Under the pieces are notes generated by a model. That model saw only the letters and a list, made by a program, of their open reading frames with translations. It had not been told where the DNA came from and did not search any database. Shown here piece after piece: positions 6,912 through 14,863 of a DNA stretch of 17,173 nt (within the stretch, counting starts at the first letter, position 1; every line of letters begins with the position of its first letter). Position numbers and translations under genes: made by a program. The DNA comes from a virus (Duplodnaviria; Heunggongvirae; Uroviricota; Caudoviricetes): IMG/VR virus record IMGVR_UViG_2675903324_000013. One strand, 5' to 3'.

Positions 6912-7322
6912 ATGACAGCACAAATTGCAGCTTACGGGCGGCTGGTGGCTGACCCGCAGTTAAAGACCACCAGCAAGGGTACACAAATGACGATGGCGAG
7001 TATGGCGGTCCCCCTTCCGTGCAGCCAGGCAGATGACGGAACGGTGACGATGTGGTTATCCGTCCTGGCATTTGGCAGACAGGCCGAAGCACTGGCAAGG
7101 CACCGCAAAGGTGAACTCCTGACCGTGGCGGGTAACATGCAGATCAGCCAGTGGACCGGACAGAACGGGGAAACACGGCAGGGGTATCAGGTTATTGCAG
7201 ACAGCGTAATCAGTGCCCGCGCGGCACGTCCAGGCGGGAACAGACGCAAAACCACAGGCACACAGGGTAATCAGCCACCAGCGGGAGGCGATGACCCTTA
7301 CGGTGACGGTATTCCGTTCTGA
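6912..7322 (+). CDS. ssb: Single-stranded DNA-binding protein (OB-fold SSB with acidic C-terminal tail …DDPYGDGIPF)
   Basis: Pattern …GRL..DP.L…W..V..FG..AE…KGE…V.G…W…GE.R… parallels bacterial SSB; Gly-rich linker; terminal DGIPF resembling the canonical DDDIPF tail; GAGGTG RBS. Confidence 0.8.
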   Translation: MTAQIAAYGRLVADPQLKTTSKGTQMTMASMAVPLPCSQADDGTVTMWLSVLAFGRQAEALARHRKGELLTVAGNMQISQWTGQNGETRQGYQVIADSVISARAARPGGNRRKTTGTQGNQPPAGGDDPYGDGIPF

Positions 7323-7332
7323 GGGGGTGACG

Positions 7333-7569
7333 ATGGTACATGACCGCATAGCGGAGGAACTCGAGGCAAAAGGCTTTTACCGGAGGGCGTCGGCGCGATG
7401 GGGTGAAGTCATGCAACTGGTGGAGACAGACAAGGAACGGCATCAGGTTACGATGCGACGGCTGGAATGTTCCAGGAAGGCACAGAGGCCACCGGAGAAC
7501 TACGCAGACCTGAGAAATGCAGTAAATCGCACTTATGCAGACATGGGGCTGAGCAAATTAGCTGAGTAG
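7333..7569 (+). CDS. Small regulator-like protein (78 aa), possibly PerC-family
   Basis: GAGGGGG RBS; basic helical protein with the motif DRIAEELEAKGFYRRASARWGEVM, which I recall as PerC-like. Assignment is from memory, not searched. Confidence 0.4.
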   Translation: MVHDRIAEELEAKGFYRRASARWGEVMQLVETDKERHQVTMRRLECSRKAQRPPENYADLRNAVNRTYADMGLSKLAE

Positions 7570-7591
7570 GAATATCAGAACCACACCACGC

Positions 7592-7615
7592 AGCCGGAGC
7601 AATCCGGCTTTTTTT
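7592..7615 (+). terminator. Strong intrinsic terminator T1 (stem AGCCGGA / TCCGGCT, GCAA tetraloop, U7)
   Basis: Read directly; follows the stop at 7569. Confidence 0.7.
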
Positions 7616-7710
7616 GCGTCATTTGAAATGGTATGGCGCACTACTGGCTTTTCGTCACGGTCCGGCATAGTTACTATCTGAAACAAACAGACACAACAGA
7701 GGAAAAAACA

Positions 7711-7935
7711 ATGCCGACGAAATTTGATGAGATATTAAAACAGCGTGATAAATACCATGCTGACAACATGGAGACGATGAACATCACTGATTACCGAGCA
7801 TTCCTGGAAACGGGGGCGCTGATTGAAAAGGATCATCATGGTTTTGTTCGTTGCGCGCTATCCGGTGAAATGCTGGCGGTAAATCCTGAACAGACAGATG
7901 CATTGATAGAATTTCTGAAAGGGATCAGGGACTGA
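7711..7935 (+). CDS. Hypothetical protein (74 aa) in a terminator-bracketed cassette (moron-like)
   Basis: ATG 7711 with GAGGA RBS; possible own promoter (-10 TACTAT at 7672-7677); flanked by two copies of the same terminator. Confidence 0.5.
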   Translation: MPTKFDEILKQRDKYHADNMETMNITDYRAFLETGALIEKDHHGFVRCALSGEMLAVNPEQTDALIEFLKGIRD

Positions 7936-7945
7936 GCACCCATAC

Positions 7946-7967
7946 AGCCGGAGCAATCCGGCTTTTT
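7946..7967 (+). terminator. Intrinsic terminator T2, 23 bp identical to T1 (cagccggagcaatccggcttttt)
   Basis: Read directly. Confidence 0.7.
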
Positions 7968-7986
7968 GTTATTTTTTGTAAATTAT

Positions 7987-8016
7987 TTGTTCGTGGTTGT
8001 TCCACGTTGTTCACTG
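7987..8016. repeat. Three tandem 10-bp repeats TTGTTCgtgg / TTGTTCcacg / TTGTTCactg overlapping a candidate late promoter
   Basis: 10-bp phasing; the third unit is a possible -35 (TTGTTC), with TATTTT at 8029-8034 after a 16-bp spacer; the 15-mer ttgttccacgttgtt recurs at 15574-15588. Confidence 0.45.
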
Positions 8017-8071
8017 AGCGGATCGGCATATTTTACCCGAACTGAATCATGATTATTCTCGCCCGTGGTGC

Positions 8072-8226
8072 CAGGACGCTGGGGCCACTTTCCCGCCTGT
8101 TAATGTGCTCGCCAATATTCATTACCAGGCGGGAAAACGATCGGTGCGATTGCTGATTCCCTTATGAAAAACGGTTGAGTTTTTGCCGCGTCCTGGAGTT
8201 CCTTACTTAACCCCAGGACTTTTTTT
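8072..8226 (+). promoter_or_regulatory. Structured leader of the head-gene operon with alternative pairings and a sequestered Shine-Dalgarno
   Basis: 8188-8196 (GCGTCCTGG) can pair either with 8072-8080 (CCAGGACGC, 9 bp) or with 8213-8219 (CCAGGAC, 7 bp). The latter hairpin is followed by T7 and contains the AGGA SD of the capsid gene (8215-8218). A further 9-bp stem with 26-nt loop lies at 8092-8135. Confidence 0.4.
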
Positions 8227-9384
8227 ATGCCGAGAATAATCGAATTACGCCAGCAGAAAACCGCCATTAAAAATCAGATGCGCGACATGCTGGAGAACGC
8301 GGAAAAAGAAAACCGCAGTCTTAACGATGCTGAGGGCGCAAAATTTGACGAATTACGCGCTAAAGCTGAATCCCTCGATAAAGACATTTCCCGCCTTGAA
8401 GCCATTGCAGACGAAGAGCGCAGCAAGCCAGGTAAAAGCAGCCAGACCACTGACCCCGCAGAACTACGCAGCTACATTCTGACAGGTGAAACCCGCGCAT
8501 TAAGTACAGGCGTTCCCGCTGATGGTGGTTATACCGTTATCCCCGAACTGAACACCGAAATCATGCGAATGCTGGCGGATGAGTCCACCATGCGCCGCAT
8601 CTGTACCGTGAAAAAAATCAGCAGCAACGAGTTTAAGCAGCTTGTTTCCGCTGGCGGTGCGACCGTTAACCACGGTGAAGAGGGTAAGGCACGCGAACAG
8701 ACCAGCACCCCGCAGATTAACGAGGTGAGCATTAAGCTGTATCCGGTCTATGCGTACCCGCGCACCACACAGGAAATCGTGGATTTTTCCGATGTGGACA
8801 TCCTTTCATGGCTGACGGGTGAGATTGGCGACACCTTCACGGAAACCGAAGAAAGCGATCTGGTTGTGGGCGACGGTGACAAAAAAGCAAAAGGTTTTTT
8901 ATCCGTACCCCGTGCAGAGAAGAACGACAAAGAGCGTGATTTTGGTACGTTGCAGGTAATTAAACCTTCCGAATCTCTGGCGTGGACATCTGCGGACCCG
9001 CTGATCGACCTGAAATTTGCATTACGTAAAAAATACCGCAAAAACGCGGTCTGGGTGGTTAACTCCACGACGGCGGCAAAACTCCAGAAGGTGAAGAACG
9101 CGAACGGTGATTACATCTGGCGTGACCGTTTACAGGCGGGTGATCCTGATACGTTGCTGGGCCTTCCGGTCGAATATCTGGAGTTTATGCCTGATAACGT
9201 TATTGCCCTGGGTGACTTCAAACGCGGTTACTACATTGTTGATCACGAAACAGGTGTTCGCACCAGACCGGACAACCTCACAGAGCCGGGCTTCATCAAA
9301 ATTTTCACGCAGAAATATTTAGGCGGTGGCGTGGTGGATTCGAACGCGATCAAGATTCTGGAACTGCCACAGGACGACGATTAA
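8227..9384 (+). CDS. Major capsid protein, HK97 fold, with N-terminal coiled-coil delta domain
   Basis: 385 aa; coiled-coil N-terminus (IELRQQKTAIKNQMRDMLENAEKE…) and a C-terminal region paralleling HK97 gp5 (…VWVVNSTTAAKL…GDYIW…LLGLPVEYLEFMP…GDFKRGYYIVDHETG…). Confidence 0.9.
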   Translation: MPRIIELRQQKTAIKNQMRDMLENAEKENRSLNDAEGAKFDELRAKAESLDKDISRLEAIADEERSKPGKSSQTTDPAELRSYILTGETRALSTGVPADGGYTVIPELNTEIMRMLADESTMRRICTVKKISSNEFKQLVSAGGATVNHGEEGKAREQTSTPQINEVSIKLYPVYAYPRTTQEIVDFSDVDILSWLTGEIGDTFTETEESDLVVGDGDKKAKGFLSVPRAEKNDKERDFGTLQVIKPSESLAWTSADPLIDLKFALRKKYRKNAVWVVNSTTAAKLQKVKNANGDYIWRDRLQAGDPDTLLGLPVEYLEFMPDNVIALGDFKRGYYIVDHETGVRTRPDNLTEPGFIKIFTQKYLGGGVVDSNAIKILELPQDDD

Positions 9385-9394
9385 CAGCATACAG

Positions 9395-9414
9395 AAGGGG
9401 CTTAAAAGCCCCTT
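9395..9414 (+). terminator. Hairpin after the capsid gene (stem AAGGGGC / GCCCCTT, loop TTTTAA), possible attenuating terminator
   Basis: Read directly; followed by T-rich sequence. A partial terminator after a highly expressed capsid gene is common in phages. Confidence 0.35.
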
Positions 9415-9423
9415 TAGTGTTTT

Positions 9424-9996
9424 ATGGGTGAAAAAATTATGAAGAGTATGGAAATCCGGTCATCGGAAATCACCACCAGCGGCAGCAACACGCTTACAGG
9501 CTACGTTGTTCGCTGGGATAAGCTTTCAGAACTGTTATGGGGTGAGTTTTACGAAAAATTCCAGCGGGGGGCGTTTACTGAATGGCTTGCGGCGGGTAAT
9601 GACGTTCGCGGCCTGTATGAGCATGACCACAGTATGTTACTGGGGCGCACCCGTTCCGGCACGCTGAAACTGGAAGAGGATGAAACAGGGTTACGCTTTG
9701 AACTGACCCCACCGGATACCAGTACAGGGCGCGACGTTATCGAACTGGTTAAACGTGGTGATATATCCGGCATGAGCTTTGGCTTTCGCTCCCGTAAGGA
9801 TGTATGGGATACCACAACAGATCCATGCGTGCGCACCGTGCTGGTGGCGGAACTGTACGAAATTACCGTTACATCGGTACCGGCTTACCCCGATTCCGGC
9901 GTGGAGCTGGCCCGCCGTTCCCTGTATGAGCAGCACCCCGAAAAAATGCCGCGTGCGGATAATCGCCGCTGGTGGGTGGATTTAGCGGGGGTGTGA
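9424..9996 (+). CDS. Prohead maturation protease, HK97 family (S78/U35)
   Basis: 190 aa with …LTGYVVRWD…FQRGAF…LYEHD…LLGRT…L.LEEDE.GL.FE…ISGMSFGF…VPAYP…; exact start among ATG 9424, 9439 or 9448 is uncertain. Confidence 0.85.
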   Translation: MGEKIMKSMEIRSSEITTSGSNTLTGYVVRWDKLSELLWGEFYEKFQRGAFTEWLAAGNDVRGLYEHDHSMLLGRTRSGTLKLEEDETGLRFELTPPDTSTGRDVIELVKRGDISGMSFGFRSRKDVWDTTTDPCVRTVLVAELYEITVTSVPAYPDSGVELARRSLYEQHPEKMPRADNRRWWVDLAGV

Positions 9997-9997
9997 T

Positions 9998-11209
9998 ATG
10001 TGGCCTTTCAGAAGAAAAAAAGAGCAGCGCAGCATGACGCTTGATGAATTTATGGCGCTGGCTGGCACATCGAACACGGGGGCGGGTGAGTACGTATCAT
10101 CGGGGACAGCGGAATCACTGCCTGCCGTCATGAACGCCGTTACGGTCATCTCTGAGGCGGTGGCTACCATGCCGTGTTACCTGTACCTGGTACGCAATGA
10201 GAAGGGGAAGGAGGCCCGCGAGTGGCTTGATTCTCATCCGGTCGATCACATCCTCAACGAGCGCCCGAACGCATGGCAAACCCCCTACCAGTTTAAGCGA
10301 ATGATGATCCGCCACTGCCTGTTAAACGGTAATGCTTATGCGGTTATTCAGTGGGGGCGTGATGGTTTTCCGGCGGCTTTACATCCTTACCCGCCGCAGT
10401 CGGTGAACGTGGAGCAGACAGGCGAACACAACTGGCGCTATTGCATCACTGACGCCTACACCGGAAACACCCACAACTATTTACCGTGGGAAGTACTTCA
10501 CCTTCGTTACTCCACGGATGACGGCTTTATGGGGCGCTCACCTGTAACCATCTGCCGCGAATCGCTGGGGCTTGGGCTGGCCCAACAACGCCACGGCGCG
10601 AGCGTGATGCGTGATGGCATGATGGCGGCAGGGGTTATCACGTCAGGCGAATGGCTGGACGGCGTGAAGGGCAAACAGGCATTAGCCGCACTGGAACGCT
10701 ACAAAGGGGCCAGAAACGCCGGAAAAACGCCCATCCTTGAAGGGGGGATGAGCTATCAGCAGCTGGGCATGAGTAATCAGGATGCTGAATGGCTGGCCTC
10801 CCGTCGCTTTACCATTGAAGACATCGCCCGAATGTTCAACGTCTCGCCGATTTTTTTGCAGGAATACAGCAACAGCACCTACAGCAATTTCAGCGAGGCA
10901 AGCCGCGCATTTCTCACCATGACGATGCGCCCGTGGCTGGCGAACTTTGAGCAGCAGATAAAAAACGCCCTGCTGGTGGCCTCGCCTGTACCTGGTATCC
11001 GGTATCAGGTGGAGTTTGACAGCGCGGACCTGTTACGGGCCACACCTGGCGAACGCTTTGCCACCTATGAGCGCGGCATCAAATCCGGCGTTATGTGCCC
11101 GAACGAAGCCCGCGAACGTGAAGGACTGTCACCGCGTGATGGTGGTGATGAGTTCAGTCAGGCATGGAAACAGGAAGTAAAAATCAGCGAGGGAGAAAAA
11201 CCGGAATGA
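9998..11209 (+). CDS. Portal protein, HK97 family
   Basis: 403 aa; GGGGG RBS; motifs …LLNGNAYAVIQW…, …GRSP…, …ARNAGKTPILEGG…, …IEDIARMFNVSPIFL…, …NEAREREGLSPRDGGDE. Confidence 0.9.
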   Translation: MWPFRRKKEQRSMTLDEFMALAGTSNTGAGEYVSSGTAESLPAVMNAVTVISEAVATMPCYLYLVRNEKGKEAREWLDSHPVDHILNERPNAWQTPYQFKRMMIRHCLLNGNAYAVIQWGRDGFPAALHPYPPQSVNVEQTGEHNWRYCITDAYTGNTHNYLPWEVLHLRYSTDDGFMGRSPVTICRESLGLGLAQQRHGASVMRDGMMAAGVITSGEWLDGVKGKQALAALERYKGARNAGKTPILEGGMSYQQLGMSNQDAEWLASRRFTIEDIARMFNVSPIFLQEYSNSTYSNFSEASRAFLTMTMRPWLANFEQQIKNALLVASPVPGIRYQVEFDSADLLRATPGERFATYERGIKSGVMCPNEAREREGLSPRDGGDEFSQAWKQEVKISEGEKPE

Positions 11210-11544
11210 ACATAGGGCGACTGCGTGACAGGATAACGATTCAGACCCTGAAACAGACCAGAGCCATGACGGGCGAAATACTCGAAACGTGGGAGGACGG
11301 TCACACACTCTGGGCAAGCGTGAACATGATCAGCAGCAAGGAGGCCATTTCATCGGGCGCAGAGCTGGCGATTGGTACCGTAAGGATCTGGATACGGTAC
11401 CGGAAGGACATCAACGCCACCAGCCGGATAAAGGTCAGTACGGGGCCGCTGGCGGGGCGTGTACTGAATATCATCGGGCAGCCGTTGCCGGATGTCGCCA
11501 GGACACGCCTTGAAATTCTTTGTCGTGAGGGCGCGGAAAAATGA
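11206..11544 (+). CDS. Head-tail joining / head closure protein (Phage_H_T_join-like)
   Basis: ATGA overlap with the portal stop; pattern …GRLRDRITIQ…GE..E.W.D…WASV…IRYR…RI…LEILCRE. Confidence 0.7.
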   Translation: MNIGRLRDRITIQTLKQTRAMTGEILETWEDGHTLWASVNMISSKEAISSGAELAIGTVRIWIRYRKDINATSRIKVSTGPLAGRVLNIIGQPLPDVARTRLEILCREGAEK

Positions 11545-11837
11545 CAGAAGAACTTATCACCCTGGAAGAAGTGAAACTCCATTGCCGTATCGATGGAGAC
11601 GAGGAAGACCAGTTAATCAGCGGATACATTGCCGCATCGCTTGAGGCGTGCCAGATACACATAGGCAGGCGCTTTGATGACGGGCTGGAGTTCACGCCAG
11701 CCATAAAGATTGGCTGCATGATGTTTATCGCTCACCTGTATGAGAATCGCCAGATTGTCGCGGATAACGCAAAAACACGCGTACCCATGACGATTGGCGC
11801 ACTCTGGACGGCTTACCGTGATGTGGGGGTGTACTGA
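11541..11837 (+). CDS. Head-tail connector protein, gp6-like
   Basis: …LEEVKLHCRIDGDEEDQLISGYIAAS…AHLYENRQ…, typical of gp6-like connector proteins; GAGGG RBS. Confidence 0.7.
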   Translation: MTEELITLEEVKLHCRIDGDEEDQLISGYIAASLEACQIHIGRRFDDGLEFTPAIKIGCMMFIAHLYENRQIVADNAKTRVPMTIGALWTAYRDVGVY

Positions 11838-12277
11838 TGCCGTGGCAACCATTAAGACGATGCACAGAACCAGGCTGTAACAGGCGCGTTAAATCCGGCA
11901 AGTGTGAGGAGCACAGGCGGGCGGCATGGCGTGCAGAGGATGCCAGACGAGGACACCGCCGCGCGCGTGGATATTCCAGACAGTGGGACAAATACCGCGC
12001 CATGTATCTGAGTAAAAACCCGTTATGCGTGCGATGCCTTGAGAAGGGGATATATACGCCCGCCGTGGTGGTGGATCACATTATCCCGATTAATGGCGGT
12101 GATGATGTTCTCTTCTGGCCCGAATGGAACCATCAACCATTGTGCCAGGCGTGTCATAACCAGAAAACGAAATGGCTTGATCCGGCAACAAAAAGCAAGC
12201 GTGCCGCAGGTGGATTTCGTGAAGAGGAAGAACGGGCCGCTAACCGCAATAACTGGATGTATGACGCTGATGAATGA
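11837..12277 (+). CDS. HNH endonuclease (packaging-associated)
   Basis: Cys-rich N-terminus and …CVRC…VVDHIIPINGG…NHQPLCQACHNQKT…; GGGGG RBS; located just upstream of terS as in HNH-dependent cos packaging systems. Confidence 0.85.
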   Translation: MPWQPLRRCTEPGCNRRVKSGKCEEHRRAAWRAEDARRGHRRARGYSRQWDKYRAMYLSKNPLCVRCLEKGIYTPAVVVDHIIPINGGDDVLFWPEWNHQPLCQACHNQKTKWLDPATKSKRAAGGFREEEERAANRNNWMYDADE

Positions 12278-12454
12278 GCGGGAACAAAACCGCCTTATCC
12301 GTGGACTTATAAGGCAGCGTGACGCATGGAAGACACAGGAAACAGGGCATAAAGATAAAGCGTCAGGACGCGCAGAACGCATCACAGCGAAGCGATTAAC
12401 CGACCGTGACCGCGAGGTTATGGAATGTTTCCGCAATCGCTGATGAGGCTGTAT

Positions 12455-12540
12455 GACGGGGTGGGGGGCGTTTTCAGGACAAACCCGACCCCGCCGGGCA
12501 CCGAACGCCTCCTCAAATTTTTATGCACGGGAATTTTTTG
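12455..12540. other. Candidate cos / packaging recognition region between HNH and terS
   Basis: GC-rich blocks GACGGGGTGGGGGGCG and CCCGACCCCGCCGGGC followed by an AT-rich tract; position inferred from known HNH-TerS-cos arrangements. Confidence 0.25.
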
Positions 12541-12566
12541 AAAAATAATCTGGCGAAAAAATAAGC

Positions 12567-12923
12567 ATGTCAAGACCACCGAAAGCCCCCGCCTACCTGG
12601 ATGATATCGCCGTGAAGCAGTGGCGGGAAAAATCTAGGCAGCTTGCGGAACGGGGAGACCTGACCCCCGCCGACTGGAGCAATCTGGAACTGTATTGTGT
12701 CAACTACTCCATTTACCGGAAAGCCGTTGCAGACCTTGCGGCGCGCGGGTTCAGCATTGTTAACAGTCAGGGCGGTGAGAGCAGAAACCCCGCATTAAGC
12801 GCAAAATCCGACGCTGAAAGAGTGATGATAAAAATGGCCTCTTTGCTCGGTTTTGACCCGATAAGCCGCCGTAAAAATCCACCGGAAACAGAAGAAGAGG
12901 ACGAGCTTGACCGCCTGGAATAA
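12567..12923 (+). CDS. Terminase small subunit (P27-family-like)
   Basis: 118 aa, …NLELYCVNYSIYRKAVADL…NP…LGFDPISRR…, acidic C-terminus; immediately precedes TerL. Confidence 0.75.
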   Translation: MSRPPKAPAYLDDIAVKQWREKSRQLAERGDLTPADWSNLELYCVNYSIYRKAVADLAARGFSIVNSQGGESRNPALSAKSDAERVMIKMASLLGFDPISRRKNPPETEEEDELDRLE

Positions 12924-14568
12924 GTACGCAGAAGACGTAAAAACGGGCAAAATTCCGGCCTGTAAACGGCTGAAACAGGCCGTTAAACGGTACTTTTCGG
13001 ACCTTGAAAGCCCCCTTTACACGTTCGATCGTGAGGTTGTGGAGCGGTTTATTGCCTTTTCCAGGGTGTGCCCGCACGTAAAAGGGCCGATGCGTGGCAG
13101 ATCCATTGAGCTGGAGCCGTGGCAGCAGTTCGCCTTTGCGTGCATCCTCGGCTTTAAGGTTAAGGCCACCGGACGGCGCAAATACACGAGCGCCTTTATC
13201 GAAGTGCCGCGCAAAAATGCGAAATCCACGACCGCCGCGATTCTGGCTAACTGGTTTCTGATTATGGAGAACGGGCAGCAGGATATTTACACCGCAGCGG
13301 TGAGCCGTGACCAGGCGCGGATCGTTTTTGATGATGCGCGTCAGATGTGCCTTTTATCCCGACCGTTACGCAGGCGGGTGAATATTCAGGCCCACAAGGT
13401 GATGCACCCGAAAAGCAACAGCCTGTTAAAGCCGCTGGCAGCAAAAGCGGCAACCATCGAGGGCACAAACCCAAGCCTTTCCATCGTGGACGAATACCAC
13501 CTACACCCCGATAACGGCGTTTATTCCGCGCTTGAGCTGGGGATGGGCGCACGTCCCGAAGGGCTGTTATTTGCCATTACCACATCGGGCAGTAACGTCG
13601 TTTCAGCCTGTAAGCAGCACTATGATTATTGCTGCCAGATCCTGGACGGCGAAGAGGTCAACGATTCAATTTTTGTGCTGATTTACGAGCTGGACGACGA
13701 AAACGAGGTTGATGATCCGGCGATGTGGATAAAGGCTAACCCTAACATCGATGTTTCCGTGGATCGTGAAAAACTGGCCTCAACCATCCAGAAAGCGCGG
13801 GGTATTCCGTCGCAATGGGTGGAGATGATGACAAAGCGATTTAATATCTGGTGCCAGGGGGCTACCCCGTGGATGGGTAACGGCGCATGGGCTGAGTGTG
13901 CCGGAACGTTCACGGAGGAAGATTTACACGGGCAGGAGTGTTACGCGGGGCTGGACTTATCATCAACCAGCGATATTTCCAGCGTGTGCTATGCCTTTCC
14001 GGTCGGTAAAAATATCATGCTGGTTTCCCGTCATTATCTGCCGGAGTTCCAGCTACAGAACCCCGCCAATAAAAACCGCGCTGTCTATCGCCAGTGGGCT
14101 AAAGCGGGCTGGATACGCACAACGCCAGGTGACTGCATTGATTACGACCGGATCAGAGATGACATCATGCAGGATGCGGAGAAATTTAATATCAGGCTGG
14201 TGGGCTTTGATACGTGGAACGCCACGCATCTCAGGACGCAATTACAGGGGGCTGGTTTTGAGGTGGAGCCGTTCCCGCAAACCTACCTCAGATTCAGTCC
14301 GGCGGCGAAATCGTTCGAAGTTTTTGTTAACCGCAGGGTGATTGTGCATCGTGGCGATCCGGTGTTGTCCTGGTCGATGAGTAACGTCGTGATGCAGAGT
14401 GACGCGAACGCCAATATCAAGCCGAACAAGAAAAAATCACCGAACAAGATAGACCCGAGCGTAGCGGCGCTGATGGCGTTTGGTACATTCCAGGCAGAGC
14501 ATGAGGATTTTGCTTTTGATATAAGCGACAGCCACCGCCAGAAACTGGAAGAATTTAGCGGGGTGTAA
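12907..14568 (+). CDS. Terminase large subunit (ATPase-nuclease)
   Basis: 553 aa; apparent TTG start at 12907 overlapping the terS end by 17 nt, with AGAGGA upstream; N-terminal pattern …W..YAEDV.TGKI…, then ATPase and nuclease-like regions. Confidence 0.9.
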   Translation: MTAWNKYAEDVKTGKIPACKRLKQAVKRYFSDLESPLYTFDREVVERFIAFSRVCPHVKGPMRGRSIELEPWQQFAFACILGFKVKATGRRKYTSAFIEVPRKNAKSTTAAILANWFLIMENGQQDIYTAAVSRDQARIVFDDARQMCLLSRPLRRRVNIQAHKVMHPKSNSLLKPLAAKAATIEGTNPSLSIVDEYHLHPDNGVYSALELGMGARPEGLLFAITTSGSNVVSACKQHYDYCCQILDGEEVNDSIFVLIYELDDENEVDDPAMWIKANPNIDVSVDREKLASTIQKARGIPSQWVEMMTKRFNIWCQGATPWMGNGAWAECAGTFTEEDLHGQECYAGLDLSSTSDISSVCYAFPVGKNIMLVSRHYLPEFQLQNPANKNRAVYRQWAKAGWIRTTPGDCIDYDRIRDDIMQDAEKFNIRLVGFDTWNATHLRTQLQGAGFEVEPFPQTYLRFSPAAKSFEVFVNRRVIVHRGDPVLSWSMSNVVMQSDANANIKPNKKKSPNKIDPSVAALMAFGTFQAEHEDFAFDISDSHRQKLEEFSGV

Positions 14569-14581
14569 TGAGGTCAGCAGC

Positions 14582-14863
14582 ATGACAGAAGCCGAAATAC
14601 TGCGATTAATCCGCCGCGTCTCTGGAATCAGCCAGCAGGCTGACGAACAGACCACGCAGCCGGACAGCGTGACAGCCGAAAATTATGCGCGTGTTGTTGC
14701 TGAGGTGATGCGCCGTGATGGTATCCAGCTTAATGATGCGGATATGCGCGACATACGGATCCGCGTTCTGGAAATGCTGGCCTACAATCGCCGCGTTGAA
14801 CTGTATCGGGAGAAGGAGAAAATCACGTACCACTGGAAGAAGCCGGAGCGGTTACGGCGGTAA
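14582..14863 (+). CDS. Hypothetical protein (93 aa), terminal gene of the island
   Basis: GAGG RBS 8 nt upstream; the stop overlaps the first copy of the CGGCGGTAACT repeat. Confidence 0.5.
   Translation: MTEAEILRLIRRVSGISQQADEQTTQPDSVTAENYARVVAEVMRRDGIQLNDADMRDIRIRVLEMLAYNRRVELYREKEKITYHWKKPERLRR

Noticed and set aside
7633-7935. Upstream start at 7633 for the cassette ORF (100-aa version)
   Set aside because: No RBS at 7633; the ATG at 7711 has GAGGA at correct spacing; the extension would add non-protein-like N-terminal sequence.
11164-11209. Upstream start (ATG 11164) for the head-tail joining gene
   Set aside because: It would overlap the portal gene by 46 nt; the ATG at 11206 forms a standard ATGA stop-start overlap and begins at the conserved MNIGRLRDRITIQ N-terminus.
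8529-11852. Short antisense or nested ORFs inside the capsid, protease, portal and connector genes (8529..8732, 8748..9068, 9549..9836, 9691..9936, 10115..10315, 11301..11582, 11613..11852 and similar)
   Set aside because: Embedded in or antisense to strongly supported structural genes; typical six-frame noise.
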